In this document: positions 12,515 through 24,565 of the stretch, piece by piece | Position numbering within the stretch: position 1 is the stretch's first letter | Layout: the number at the start of each line of letters is the position of its first letter | DNA from: Malacoraja senta | Taxonomy: Eukaryota | Reading direction: 5' to 3' | DNA length: 64,000 nucleotides | NCBI GenBank assembly: GCA_038087875.1 | Contig: CM075987.1 | Span: 25,298,001-25,362,000 of the forward strand | Notes under the pieces: generated by a model | Database searches by the model: none | What the model saw: only the letters and a program-made list of their open reading frames with translations | Told to the model about the DNA's origin: nothing | Position numbers and translations under genes: made by a program

Positions 12515-12905
12515 AGAAGGTTGAGGGGGGGGACCTCATTGAAACTTACAGAATAATGAAAGGCATAGATAGAGTGGATGCGGAGAGGATGTTTCCACTG
12601 GTGGGAGAGTCTAGGACCAGAGGTCACAGCCTCAGAATTAAAGGGCGCTCTTTCAGAAAGGAGGTGAGGAGGAACTTCTTTAGTCAGAGGGTAGTGAATC
12701 TGTGGAACTCATTGCCACAGAGGGCTGTGGAGGCCAAGTCAGTGGATATTTTTTAAGGCTGAGATAAAATTCGTGATTAGAACGGGTGTCAAAGGTTATG
12801 GGGAGAAGGCAGGAAAATGAGATTAGGAGGCAAAGATCAGCCATGATTGATTTGGAGCATAGACTCGATGGGCTGAATGGTCTAATTCTACTCCTATAAC
12901 TTGTG
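12515..12905 (+). mobile_element. CR1 LINE 3' fragment
   Basis: RGDLIETYRIMKGIDRVDAERMFPLVGESRTRGHSLR..FFSQRVVNLWNSLP. Confidence 0.9.
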
Positions 12906-13029
12906 AATTAGTAAAACATTTGAAAGCTCAATTTTTAATATTGAAGATTTTGCGTTATCCACATAAGGAATTAATATTATTCCAAAGCCACTGAGACTTT
13001 AGAATCCCAGGGGGTTTCTGATGTTTACT

Positions 13030-13337
13030 TTTGTTTAGTTTAGAGATACAGCGCGGAAACCGGCCCTTCGGCCCATCGAGTCCGTGCCGACCAGCGATCC
13101 CCGCATACCAATACTATCCTTCACACACTAGGGACTAATTACCATTTTACCAAGCCAATTAACTTACAAACCTGTACGTCCTTGGGGTTTGGCAGGAAAC
13201 TGGAGCCCCCGGAGAAAACCCACGCAGGTCACGGTGGAGAACGTACAAACACTGTACAGACAAACGACCGTAGTCAGGATGAAGCCTGGGTCTCTGGCGC
13301 AGTAAGGCAGCAACTCTACCGCTGCACCGTCATGCCT
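13030..13337 (-). mobile_element. V-SINE (HE1-like)
   Basis: (taaac)n tail and conserved core on minus. Confidence 0.8.
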
Positions 13338-15349
13338 CCATCCGAAACGTCGTCTGGCCATTTCCCTCCACAGATGCTGCCTGGCCTGTTGAGTTCCTCC
13401 AGCAGTATGTTTTTCACTCAAGAATCCAACGTCTGCAGTTTCTTGTTTCTGCAGATAAAGTTCCCAGATGGACCTTTGGTATGATGAAGGGTCTCGACCC
13501 GAAACGTCACCCATTCCTTCTCTCCAGAGATGCCGCCTGTCCCGCTGAGACCCTTCTTCGCACTCCAGACTCTCCTCTTCACACAAGTGAACATGTGGTA
13601 AGTGAATTGAAGGACACCACACTTTACCCACCCCATCCATGCCACCCACCGCGACAATATCTGCTCAATCTGAAGTGAGAAAGATCCCCTTGCAGAATAG
13701 TTCTTGGATTACATCTTCTGGCTCCTGCTGAATTTGTACAGGTAGATGAAGCGTTTTGAAGTTTTAATGGTTCCCTCAGGGAATGGAACGACTGAAACAT
13801 CTGGCCGTTCGCTTGAAAGTTTGTGCAGTCACAAGCTGCTTCCAGAAGTGGCTGGCGTGGTAAGACTCCCCTGGGGAGAAACACAATTGGGAGAATGAAA
13901 CATGCCTCGACTCTTCGGCCCACCGAGCCCGCGCCGACCAGCAATCCCCGCACGCGAACGCTCGGGACAATTTACAATTTTACCAAGCCAATTAACGTAC
14001 AAACCTGTACGTCCATGGAGTGTGGGAGGAAACCGGAGATCCCGGAGAAAACCCACGCAAGTTTAGTTTAGCTTACTTTTGAGATACAGCGCGGAAACAG
14101 GCCCTTCAGCCCGCCAAGGTTGCACTGACCAGCGATCCCCGCACACTAACACTATCCCACACACACTAGGGATTAATTACAATTTTACCAAAGCCAATTA
14201 GCCTACAAACCAGCACGTCTTTGTGTGCGGGAGGAAACCGGTGCACCCGGAGAAAACCCACGTGGGTCACAGGAAGAATGTACAAACTCCATACAGACAG
14301 CACCCTTGGTCAGGATCGAACCCGGGTCTCAGGCGCTGTGAGCACTGTAAGACCAACTCTACCGCTGCACTACCGTGCCGCCCAAAGTGGAGCTTGGGCA
14401 AGCTGGGGCCCCGCCTGTTAGACCATAGAAGGCGTTCTGAGAATTTGCACTCTTGATCTTTCAATCTTTCCCATCTGAATATTGTACTTGAGTTTGAACC
14501 GATTGTATGTATGTGTGTATGTACGGTGCATCTGATCTCTTTGTACAGCATGCAAAAGAAGGCTTTTCACTTAACCTCAAAACAGTTGACAATAAGAAAG
14601 CTAATCCCAAAATATCTTTGCATGATTGGCGATATTTAGAACGAGTAGAATTAAAACAAAAATTAAATAAAAATATACGGGTCGAATGGACAGGATTGGA
14701 TCCACTTCCACCCGACAGTCAGTGTAGATCAAACAGTATTGCTGATTTGATCCGTGTCTGGTTTTGCTGCTGACCTGATCCATAATCCATGTCAGGTTTC
14801 CACACTACCACCTAGTGGCATGGGGGCAGCCATGTTAGTTAGTTCAACTTACGACTCCGAGCCTGCAGTACTCATTTTGATGGTCTCTGTATGTATTCTA
14901 ATTAAAGTACTTATTATGATATATAATGACTCTGTATCAATAGTACTTTGCACAGTCAGGTCCATCACTAATGCGCCCATCCTCCGGACAATGATCATTA
15001 TTCATGGTTCATTCACTGCCTCTTCTCTTCCAGGCATGTCTCTTTGAAGCAAGCTCTGTTTCTCTCTCCAATGCAATTAGCACCGTGGCCTTTTACCTTG
15101 TTCTTCCTACATGGATGCTGACTGGCCTGCTGAGTATCCCCAACATTCGCTATTCTCATCCCCCAAATGGATTGGATGCCTTTCCATACCCCTTGCCTGT
15201 GTATAGTTTAGTTTAGAGATACAGCGCGGAAACAGGTCCTTCGCCCAACTGAGTCTGCGCCGAGCAGCGATCCCCGCACATTAACACTATCCTACACAAA
15301 CTAGGGACAATTTGCAATGATACCAAACCAATGAAGTTACAAAATGTTG

Positions 15350-15552
15350 AGGAAGGAACTGCAGATGCTGGTTTAAACCGAAGATAGACACAAAATGCTG
15401 GAGTAACTCAGCGGGACAGGCAGCATCATTGGAGAGAAGGAATGGGTGACGTTTCAGGTCTGAAGAAGGGTCTCGACCCGAAACATCACCCATTCCTTCT
15501 CTCCAGAGATGCTGCCTGTCCCGCTGAGTTACTCCAGCATTTTGTGTCTATC
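15350..15552. mobile_element. Inverted (fold-back) pair of Penelope-like pLTRs inside a V-SINE
   Basis: agatagacacaaaatgctggagtaactc... is paired with its reverse complement; the centre lies at the hammerhead motif. Confidence 0.85.
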
Positions 15553-16822
15553 TGCAATTACAAACCTGTACGACTTTGGAGTGTGGGGGGAAACCGGAGC
15601 ACCCGGGGTAAACCCACGCAGATCACGGGGAGAACGTACACACTCCGTACGGACAGCACCCGTAATCGTGATTGAACCCAGTTCCTTGGCGCTGTGAGGC
15701 AGCAACTCTACCGCTGCGCCACTGTGCCACCCTGTGGAAACCAGAAGTGAATGTCTTTGTGGCCAATGAGTTCCCTTTGACGTGATCCCTCCCCATTTTA
15801 TTTTAATTTCGATTCAGTTCGTTCTATCCACTTCAAGCAAAATACATCTGAAACTGTAAACAAAACTGTCGGGGATGACAGAGAATGAGTAATGTCTGAC
15901 ACTTTGTCTTTCACAAAAGTAATTAAGGTCTCTGCTGTGAAGAGCAATGATGCATCAGTTGTACCAACCTAATCTCAATAGATTTGACAAATATGAAGTA
16001 ACCGTGAGGTCCTACTGACTGTGCACAGGTGCTTGGCTCCTGCTAAGGATACCACTGTTTTAGTTTAGAGATACAGCACGGAAACAGGCCCATTGGCCCA
16101 CCAAGTCCATGCCGACCAGCGATACCCGCACAGTCACACTATCCTACACACTAGGAACAATTTACAATTTTATCTGAAGAAGGGTCTCGACCAGAAACGT
16201 CACCCATTCCTTCTCTCCAGAAACGCAGCCTGTCCCGCTGGGTTACTCCAGCTTTTTGTGTCTATGGTAGATTTTTATCAAGCCAATTAGCCTACGTCTT
16301 TGGAGTGTGGGAGAATACCGGAGCTCCCGGAGAAAACCCACGCAGGTCACGGGGAGAACGTACAAACTCCGGACAGACCGCACCCGTAGTCAGGATCGAA
16401 CCAGGGTCTCTGGGGCTGTGAGGCAGCGACTCCACTGCTGCGTCACCATGCTGTGTATTTAAACAAAGGGGGACTTCTGCGAGGATAACGATTCTCCAAG
16501 AAAGTCTCTTCCCTTGAACACGGTCACAGGAACACGAGAATGTGTTGACTGTAATAGCCACTTATAATAGATCCTTCAATAAACTTCAAATGGATTGCAA
16601 ATTGATCAAATGCCAAACAAAACAAAAAAATCCCAGCCTTAAAATGCATCTTTTGATCATATAATTTGAGCACCTTGCACACAAAAACAAACAATCTGAG
16701 CAGTACGATAGACACAAACAGCTGGAGTAACTCAGCGGGTCAGGCTGCATCTCTGTAGAGAAAAGGGTTTCGGGTCGAGTCCCTTCTTCAGACTGACAGT
16801 CAGAAAGATAAACGAGAGATGT

Positions 16823-16855
<33 letters not shown>

Positions 16856-17566
16856 TATAATATCTTTTATTGTCGTTGAACATAGGTGCAACGAGATTTG
16901 GTATGCGGCTTCCATCCGATAGAAATTACTTAAACAACTAATTACATTTAGATACCCCGAGAAACATGATTTATATTTTAAAGTGCAAATATGTCTGTGC
17001 CGGGTCGATGTGCGTGTGAATACAGTTCATGGGGGTGGGGGGCACTGAGCAGCGCCGGTTCAGAGCAGCGATAGCTCTCAAGAGAGAGTTAGATTTAGCG
17101 GGCGGCCGATGGGGCACTTTGCCCAACCGCGCTGTGTCTCTAAATTAAGAAAAAAATGGGTTGAATACAAGCTGGGAGAGTCTTCCAACAGATTGACAAA
17201 CATATGTTATTATTTCTGACACTTCACGCTAAGAGTGTCTCTCTTAGCATTGAAGCATTTAAATTAGGTACATTGCTCCTTCACTAAGTTTGCAGATGAC
17301 GTGATAAGGGGAGAGGATCCCAAAATGCATCAGTAAGATTTCAAGGCTTCCAATCTCTGCTACATGCCAAGTTCATCATTTAGTCCGTGATCCACTTCAG
17401 GTTTAGTTCAGTTTAGTTTAGAGAAGGTTTAGTTTAGTTTTAGTTTATTGTCACGTGTACCGAGGTACAGTGAGAAGCTTGTGTTGCGTGCTAACCAGTC
17501 AGCGGAAAGACAATACATGATTGACAATCGAGCCATTTACAGTGTGTAGATACATGATAAGGGAAT

Positions 17567-17749
17567 GTAGACAAAATTGCTGGAGAAACTCAGCGGGTGC
17601 GGCAGCATCTATGGAGCGAAGGAAATAGGCAACGTTTCGGGCCGAAATGTTGCCTATTTCCTTCGCTCCATAGATGCTGCTGCACCCGCTGAGTTTCTCC
17701 AGCAATTTTGTCTACCTTCGATTTTCCAGCATCTGCAGTTCCTTCTTGA
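17567..17749. mobile_element. Penelope-like pLTR fold-back insertion (near-perfect 149-bp palindrome at 17567-17715) with 15-bp TSD
   Basis: TSD acatgataagg(g/a)aat at 17552-17566 and 17750-17764. Confidence 0.85.
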
Positions 17750-18306
17750 ACATGATAAGGAAATAATGTTTAGCCCAAGGTAAAGCCAGTAAAGTCCAAT
17801 CAAGGATAGTCCGAGGGTCAGAAACAGGCCCTTCGGCCCAACAGCGATCCCCGTACAATAGACGATAGACAATAGGTGCAGGAGTAGGCCATTCGGCCCG
17901 TCGAGCCAGCACCGCCATTCAATGTGATCATGGCTGATCATCCCCAATCAGTACCCCTTTCCTGCCTTCTCTATACTAATGCTATCCTACACACTAGGGA
18001 TAATTTCACCTTTTTGTTTTAACAATGCCAATAAACCTACAAACCTCTACGTCTTTGGAATGTGCGAGGAAACCGGAGCACCAGGAGAAAACCCACGCGG
18101 TCACGGGGGGAAGGTACAAACTCCGTACAGGCAGCACCCGTAGTCAGGATCGAACCCGGGTCAATTGTCCCTAGTGTGTGTAGGGTAGTGTTAGTGTTAG
18201 TGTTAATGTGCGCAGGGAGCGCTGGTCGGCACGGACTCGTTGGGCCGCAGGGCCTGCTTCCACGCCATATATCTCAACTAAAGTAAAACTGAACTGTGAA
18301 CCACAA

Positions 18307-19503
18307 GACTTTCAGAAGGCTTTCGACAAGGTCCCACATAAGAGATTAGTATACAAATTTAAAGCACACGGTATTGGGGGTTCAGTATTGATGTGGATAG
18401 AGAACTGGCAGGCAAACAGGAAACAAAGAGTAGGAGTAAACAGGTCCTTTTCACAATGGCAGGCAGTGACTAGTGGGGTACCGCAAGGCTCAGTGCTGGG
18501 ACCCCAGCTATTTACAATATATATTAATGATTTGGATGAGGGAATTGAATGCAACATCTCCAAGTTTGCGGATGACACGAAGCTGGGGGGCAGTGTTAGC
18601 TGTGAGGAGGATGCTAGGAGGCTGCAAGGTGACTTGGATAGGCTGGGTGAGTGGGCAAATGCATGGCAGATGCAGTATAATGTGGATAAATGTGAGGTTA
18701 TCCACTTTGGTGGCAAAAACAGGAAAGTAGACTATTATCTGAATGGTGGCCGATTAGGAAAAGGGGAGATGCAACGAGACCTGGGTGTCATGGTACACCA
18801 GTCATTGAAAGTAGGCATGCAGGTGCAGCAGGCAGTGAAGAAAGCGAATGGTATGTTAGCATTCATAGCAAAAGGATTTGAGTATAGGAGCAGGGAGGTT
18901 CTACTGCAGTTGTACAGGGTCTTGGTGAGACCACAGCTGGAGTATTGCGTTCAGTTTTGGTCTCCAAATCTGAGGAAAGACATTCTTGCCATAGAGGGAG
19001 TACAGAGAAGGTTCACCAGATTGCTTCCTGGGATGTCAGGACTTTCATATGAAGAAAGACTGGATAGACTCGGCTTGTACTCGCTAGAATTTAGAAGATT
19101 GAGGGGGGATCTTATAGAAACGTTCAAAATTCTTAAGGGGTTGGACAGGCTAGATGCAGGAAGATTGTTCCCGATGTTGGGGAAGTCCAGGACAAGGGGG
19201 CACAGTTTAAGGATTAAGGGGAAATCCTTTAGGACTGGGATGAGAAAAACATTTTTCACACAGAGAGTGGTGAATCTCTGGAACTCTCTGCCACAGAAGG
19301 TAGTTGAGGCCAGTTCATTGGCTATATTTAAGAGGGAGTTAGATGTGGCCCTTGTGGCTAAAGGGATCAGGGGGTATGGAGAGAAGGCAGGTACAGGATA
19401 CTGAGTTGGATGATCAGCCATGATCATATTGAATGGCGGTGCGGGCTCGAAGGGCCGAATGGCCTACACCTGCACCTATTTTCTAAGTTTCTATGTTTCT
19501 ATG
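18307..19503 (+). mobile_element. 5'-truncated CR1 LINE; open ORF2 reverse-transcriptase C-terminal half (to 19404)
   Basis: DFQKAFDKVPH, SGVPQGSVLGP, KFADD, ERVQ-type RRFTR motifs; (ttctatgt)n tail. Confidence 0.95.
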
Positions 19504-19546
19504 AGGCAAAGAAATCGAGTTCAAGTGACCTTAAATCCACAGGCAA

Positions 19547-19877
19547 CTGTTTCAGGACTGGGTGAAGGATGGTCAAGAATATAAATAACGATCTCCTTAA
19601 TCTCTTATTTTCTACACTTTTTCTTTCTATCTTCTTTTCTTCACTTTTCCTCTTTCACCCCTTTTTCCTTTTCACACACCATATATCACACGTTTTTCTA
19701 TATTTTATTATCTATTCTCTCTTTTTCTCTTTCATTATTAAAAAAAAAATAAGAAGCTGTACATAAAATGTAATATGTCAATATATATTAGGCACCTTGG
19801 TGCCATATTACTGTACTTACTTCTAATAAAATAAAGTAATTAAAATATTTTTTTTTTTTTTTTTTTTTATTTAAAAA
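19547..19877 (+). mobile_element. Short 5'-truncated L1-type 3' UTR insertion with 14-bp TSD
   Basis: TSD aaatccacaggcaa at 19533-19546 and 19878-19891, preceded by tt (TT/AAA site); AATAAA before the tail; T-rich UTR like that at 33000-33350. Confidence 0.75.
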
Positions 19878-20051
19878 AAATCCACAGGCAATGCATGGTG
19901 TGCAGTTAAATTTCTCCTCGTGCCCTGCTGTCCCAGAGGCACACCTGAGTGGTCGTTTTTCGATAAACCATAACATTGCCGTGATTTATATGAGATAATT
20001 CAGAGCTGCCGTCCAGAAATAATCTCTCAGTTTTTCCCTCACTCACAACAG

Positions 20052-20140
20052 AAAACATCTTCCTGTCGATCCTAATAAACCTCCACTTACTAGTAAAGAA
20101 CGTTGTCGGATCACCCCCGAGCCTTGTCCTGACTTTTCTG
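20052..20140 (+). other. Possible isolated exon (89 nt), gene unknown
   Basis: Pyrimidine tract + cag acceptor; TG|GTAAGT donor; one open frame (KHLPVDPNKPPLTSKERCRITPEPCPDFS). No homology recognised. Confidence 0.25.
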
Positions 20141-20278
20141 GTAAGTTTGTCCTCTCTGTTCTCATTTCATCTTTGAATTTCTGGTTTTTTTGTAATTTCT
20201 CCACTGACTCCCCGCTGAGCCAAAGTAGCCGATCCTTCCGAAGGCCACCCCCTCGCTGTGACAGCTCCCACTGTGAAA

Positions 20279-20416
<138 letters not shown>

Positions 20417-20559
20417 ACCGGCCAAGGTCACACTTAAAAAGTTATAGAGTCGTTGAGTCAGGCCCTTCGACCCAACTTGCCCGCGCCGACCAACATGCCC
20501 TATCTACACTCGTCTCACCTGCCCGTGTGTGACCCATATCCCTCTAAACCTAGCCTATC

Positions 20560-20927
20560 TAGGACACGCTAGAGGCAGGAAACATGTTCCCGATGTTGGG
20601 GGAGTCCAGAACCAGGAGCCACAGTTTAAGAATAAGGAGTAAGCCATTTAGAACGAAGACGAGGAAACATTTTTTCTCACAAAGAATGGTGAGTCTGTGG
20701 CATTCTCTGCCTCAGAGGGCGGTGGAGGCAGGTTCTCTGGATACTTTCAAGGGAGAGCTAGATAGGGCTCTTAAAAATAGCGGAGTCAGGGGATATGGGG
20801 AGAAGGCAGGAACGGGGTACTGATTGGGGATGATCAGCCATGATCACATTGAATGGCGGTGCTGGCTCAAAGGGCCGAATGGCCTACTCCTGCACATATT
20901 GTCTATTGCCTATTCTCTATTGTCTAT
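20560..20927 (+). mobile_element. CR1 LINE 3' fragment with (ctattgt)n tail
   Basis: MFPMLGESRTRSHSLRI..FFSQRMVSLWHSLP..GYGEKAGTGY. Confidence 0.9.
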
Positions 20928-21491
20928 CCAGGTAGTTTAGTTCAGTTTAGTTTAGAGATACAGCGCGGATTCAGGCCATTCGGCCCACTGGGTCCGCGCT
21001 GACCAGCGATCCCCGCACATTAACACTTTCCGACACACACTTGGGACAATTTCTTTTTTGCATTTATACTAAGCCAATTTACCTACAGACCTGTACGTCT
21101 TTGGAGTGTGGGAGGAAACCGAAGATCTCGGAGAAAACCCACGCAGGTTACGGGGAGAAGGTACAAACTCCGTACAGACAGCACCCGTAGTTCGGATCGA
21201 ACCCGGGTCTCTGGCGCTGTAAAGCAGTAGCTCTAGTGTTATGCCACCGTACCTGTCCAAATCTCTCTTAAATGTCGTCATTGTACCTGCCTGAACTACC
21301 ACTTCCGACAGCTCACTCCATATACGCACCACCCTGCGTGTGGAAACATAGAAACATAGAAAATAGGTGCAGGAGTAGACCATTCGGCCCTTCGAGCCAG
21401 CACCGCCATTCAATGTGATCATGGCTCAGTACCCCGTTCCTGCTTTCTCCCCATATCCCCTGATTCCGTTAGCCCTAAGAGCTATATCTCA

Positions 21492-21817
21492 TGGGGCTGT
21501 CCCACTTACGCGACTTTTTCGGCGACTTGCCGGCACCCGTCATAGGTCGTTGCAGGTCACCGAAATTGTTCAATATGTTGAAAATCCAGCGGCGACCAGA
21601 ACAAGGTACGACTCTTTGGGCGACTACTCACGACCATACAGGCTTCATTCACCCCGCAACATGTCGCCAGGGTGTCGCCTGTATGGTCGTGAGTCGTCAC
21701 CTCAGTTGCCCAAAGAGTCGTAGCGTCTTTCTGGTCGTAGCTGGATTTTCAACATGTTGAACATTTTTGGCGACGAGCAACGACCTGTGAAAAAGTCACG
21801 TAAGTGGGACAGGCCCA
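21492..21817. mobile_element. PIF/Harbinger-like MITE
   Basis: TIRs tggggctgtcccacttacg / cgtaagtgggacaggccca; flanked by tca/taa at a TAA target in a CR1 3' end. Confidence 0.75.
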
Positions 21818-22554
21818 TAACTCTCTCTTGAATACATCCCATGAATTGGCCTCCACTGCCTTCTTTGGCAGAGAATTCCACAGATTCACAACTCTCTGTT
21901 GGAAGTGTTGCCCCTCAGATTCCAATGAATTGGTTTGGATGTTCCCACTGGCTATTGTCCTCTGTACAAGGCTCCAAGGACATCTTTGCAAAGAGTCTTG
22001 GCTCTGTAGCTGTTGACAGTTGTATGTAACCCCTGTTGACCAGGAGGACTGAGATCAGAGGAAGGTGTTTGGCAATTCACCGGAACCTGTTCATCGTTTC
22101 TCCCACGGCAAAATGAATTTATTGGCAAGGCAGATTGCTGATACATCAACTCGTATATGAAAATTAACTTCAATAGCAATTTGCAGATATGCTCAGATCA
22201 CATGGCTAATAAATCAGCGAATTGTAGATGGAGTTAGATTAATTTTAAAACACTCCAGAATACTGGTAATTAACAACTTTACTGATCCCAAGGCACATAT
22301 TTGAGTAAAAGTAGTAATCTACCACATGTTGAAAAGTCCATTTTTGCAGCTCATACCCCACGGATTTTATCATTGACTGCAACTACAATATGGCAACAAT
22401 TATTTTAACAAAGCTCTCAACTTCAGTGCCATTGGTGATATTGTTGGCCTCTTATTAATTTAAGGCACTTTCACATTTATTTTTTTGTCTTTAGTCTGAG
22501 TTAGACACACACTGTCAGTCCCCAGCATTGCTAAGAGGCAAATGCAGATGCAGA

Positions 22555-23015
22555 TGCAGCAGAGAATAGTGGACGCAGCCCAGACCATCACACAAACCAA
22601 CCTCCCTTCTATCTGACTCCAGTTCTACCTCACGCTGCCTCGGCAAGGCCAGCAGCATAATCAAGGACGAGTCGCACCCTGGCCACTCCCTCTTCTCCCC
22701 CTCTCCCATCGGGCAAAAGGTATAGAAGTGTGAAAACGCACACCTCCAGATTCAGGGTCAGTTTCTTCCCAGCTGTTAACGGGCAACTGAATCATCCTAC
22801 CACAACCAGAGAGCAGTCCTGAACTACTATCTACCTCTTTGATGACCCTGGGACTATCCTTGATCGGACATTGGTGGCTTCAACTTGCATTAAACGTTAT
22901 TCCCTTATCATGTATCTGGACACTGTAAATGGATCGAATGCAATCATGTATTGTCTTTCTGCTGACTGGTTAGCACGTAACAACAGCTATTCACTGTACC
23001 TCGGTACACGTGACA
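22555..23015 (+). mobile_element. Rex1/Babar LINE 3' fragment
   Basis: QRIVDAAQTITQTNLPS..RCLGKASSIIKDESHPGHSLF..PSGKRYRS followed by the 3' UTR. Confidence 0.8.
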
Positions 23016-23218
23016 AAAAAAAAGAAAGACACAGAGTACTGAAGTAACTCAGTGGGTCAGGCAGAATATCTGGAGAAAACGGATAAGTGACGTTTCGATT
23101 CGGGACCCTTCTTCAGAACGCCCAAGATCTCCAGAGATGCTGCCTGACCCGCTGAGTTACGCCAGCACTTTGTGTCTGTTTTTAACATCAGGTTGAGACA
23201 TTGGCCAGGAGTTTGGGC

Positions 23219-23524
23219 TTTAGTTTAATTTGGAGATACAGCGCGGAAACAGGCCCTTCGGCCCACCGAGTCCGCACCGACCAGCGATCCCCGCTAACAC
23301 TACCCTACACACACTATGGACAATTCACATTTGTACCAAACCAATTAACCTACAAACCTATATGCCTTTGGAGTGTGGGAGGAGACCGAAGATCTCGGAG
23401 AAAACCCACACAGGTCACAGGGAGAACGTACAAACTCCGTACAGACAAGCTCCCGAACTCAGGATCGAACCCGGGTCTCCGGCGTTGTAAGGCAGCAACT
23501 CTACCACTGCGCCACCATGCCACC
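23219..23524 (-). mobile_element. V-SINE (HE1-like), near full length
   Basis: A and B boxes, core and tail on minus. Confidence 0.85.
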
Positions 23525-24319
23525 CTTCAGGAAGACAAGTAAATCTACACAGGCACAGTAGTTATGTACGACAAGTATTGATTAAAAATATTATTGCTTT
23601 CTACATTTTTACGTTTCTCTTTTTAATTTCTGTTGTGCATCTTCAAAGTAACCTTGGCAATAAGATCCAGTCAGTTTCCTTGTGCATGAAAATTCTCTTG
23701 TTTTACAGATTACTGTGCGATCAGTTTTGAAAGGTGCAATAGCCTGTATTGAGCGACACGAGAAAACTAGTAGTTACCAGAGAAGGTGATTGAGCCAAAT
23801 ACGATAATATATCAGAACAATAGGTTGACAATACGATACCGGGGACAAACTTGAATCTCTAACTCCAAGTAACCCTCTCCTCTCCCCCTGTGCTTTTACA
23901 CACTAGAAAGTCTCTTCCAAAGCAATGGTATGAATATTGACTTCCCTAACTTCAAGTAACCCTTGCTTTCCCTCTCTCTCCATCCTTCGCCCATCCTGGT
24001 TCTCTGACTAGTTCTACTGTCCTCCAGATTAAATATTGCTAATTTTATGCCCCGTTGTCTCCTTCCCCTCAGCTAACAACGAACCATTCTACATTTCCTA
24101 GGTCATCATCCGCTTTGATCTGTTGTTTTCACACCATACCCTTCTACATCTCTAGACTCTCTTTCCCCTGACTCTCAGTCTGAAGAAGGGCCTCGACTCA
24201 AAACCTCACCCATTCCTTCTCTCCAGAGATGCTGCCTGGCCCGCAGAGTTACCCCAGCATTTCGTGTCTATCTTCCCAGTATAATCATTCGGCCATCCGG
24301 CAAGTGGCAAGGTCTGAAT

Positions 24320-24565
24320 ATTCTAACGAGCTGCAAAGCGAAGTCAGGCAACATCACTGGTGATAGTGTGGCCCAACCCGATGGACTTACCGCGTTCTAG
24401 CCTTCGCTTTAAGCAGAAGGCCAATGGGGCAATGACGTCTGTCCCATCAGACTCAAGTGTGCTTCTCCCCAGGGTCACTGTTGCAGAGGTTAGATCGCCC
24501 TTCCTGAGGGTGAACCCACGGAGAGCAACCGGCCTGGACGGAGTCCCAGAGTCACGTCCTTAAGG
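24320..24565 (+). mobile_element. Degenerate internal LINE (Rex1-like) ORF2 fragment
   Basis: VTVAEVR..RVNPRRATGLDGVP (KAxGPDG-type motif). Confidence 0.6.

Noticed and set aside
13780..13859. Exon candidate cctcag...gtaaga
   Set aside because: Splice-like ends but no recognisable peptide or linkage; too weak. Same for 23709-23785 and 49554 onward.
18208..19404. 398-aa ORF as a gene
   Set aside because: The first ~33 codons come from an adjacent SINE tail; the rest is truncated CR1 ORF2.
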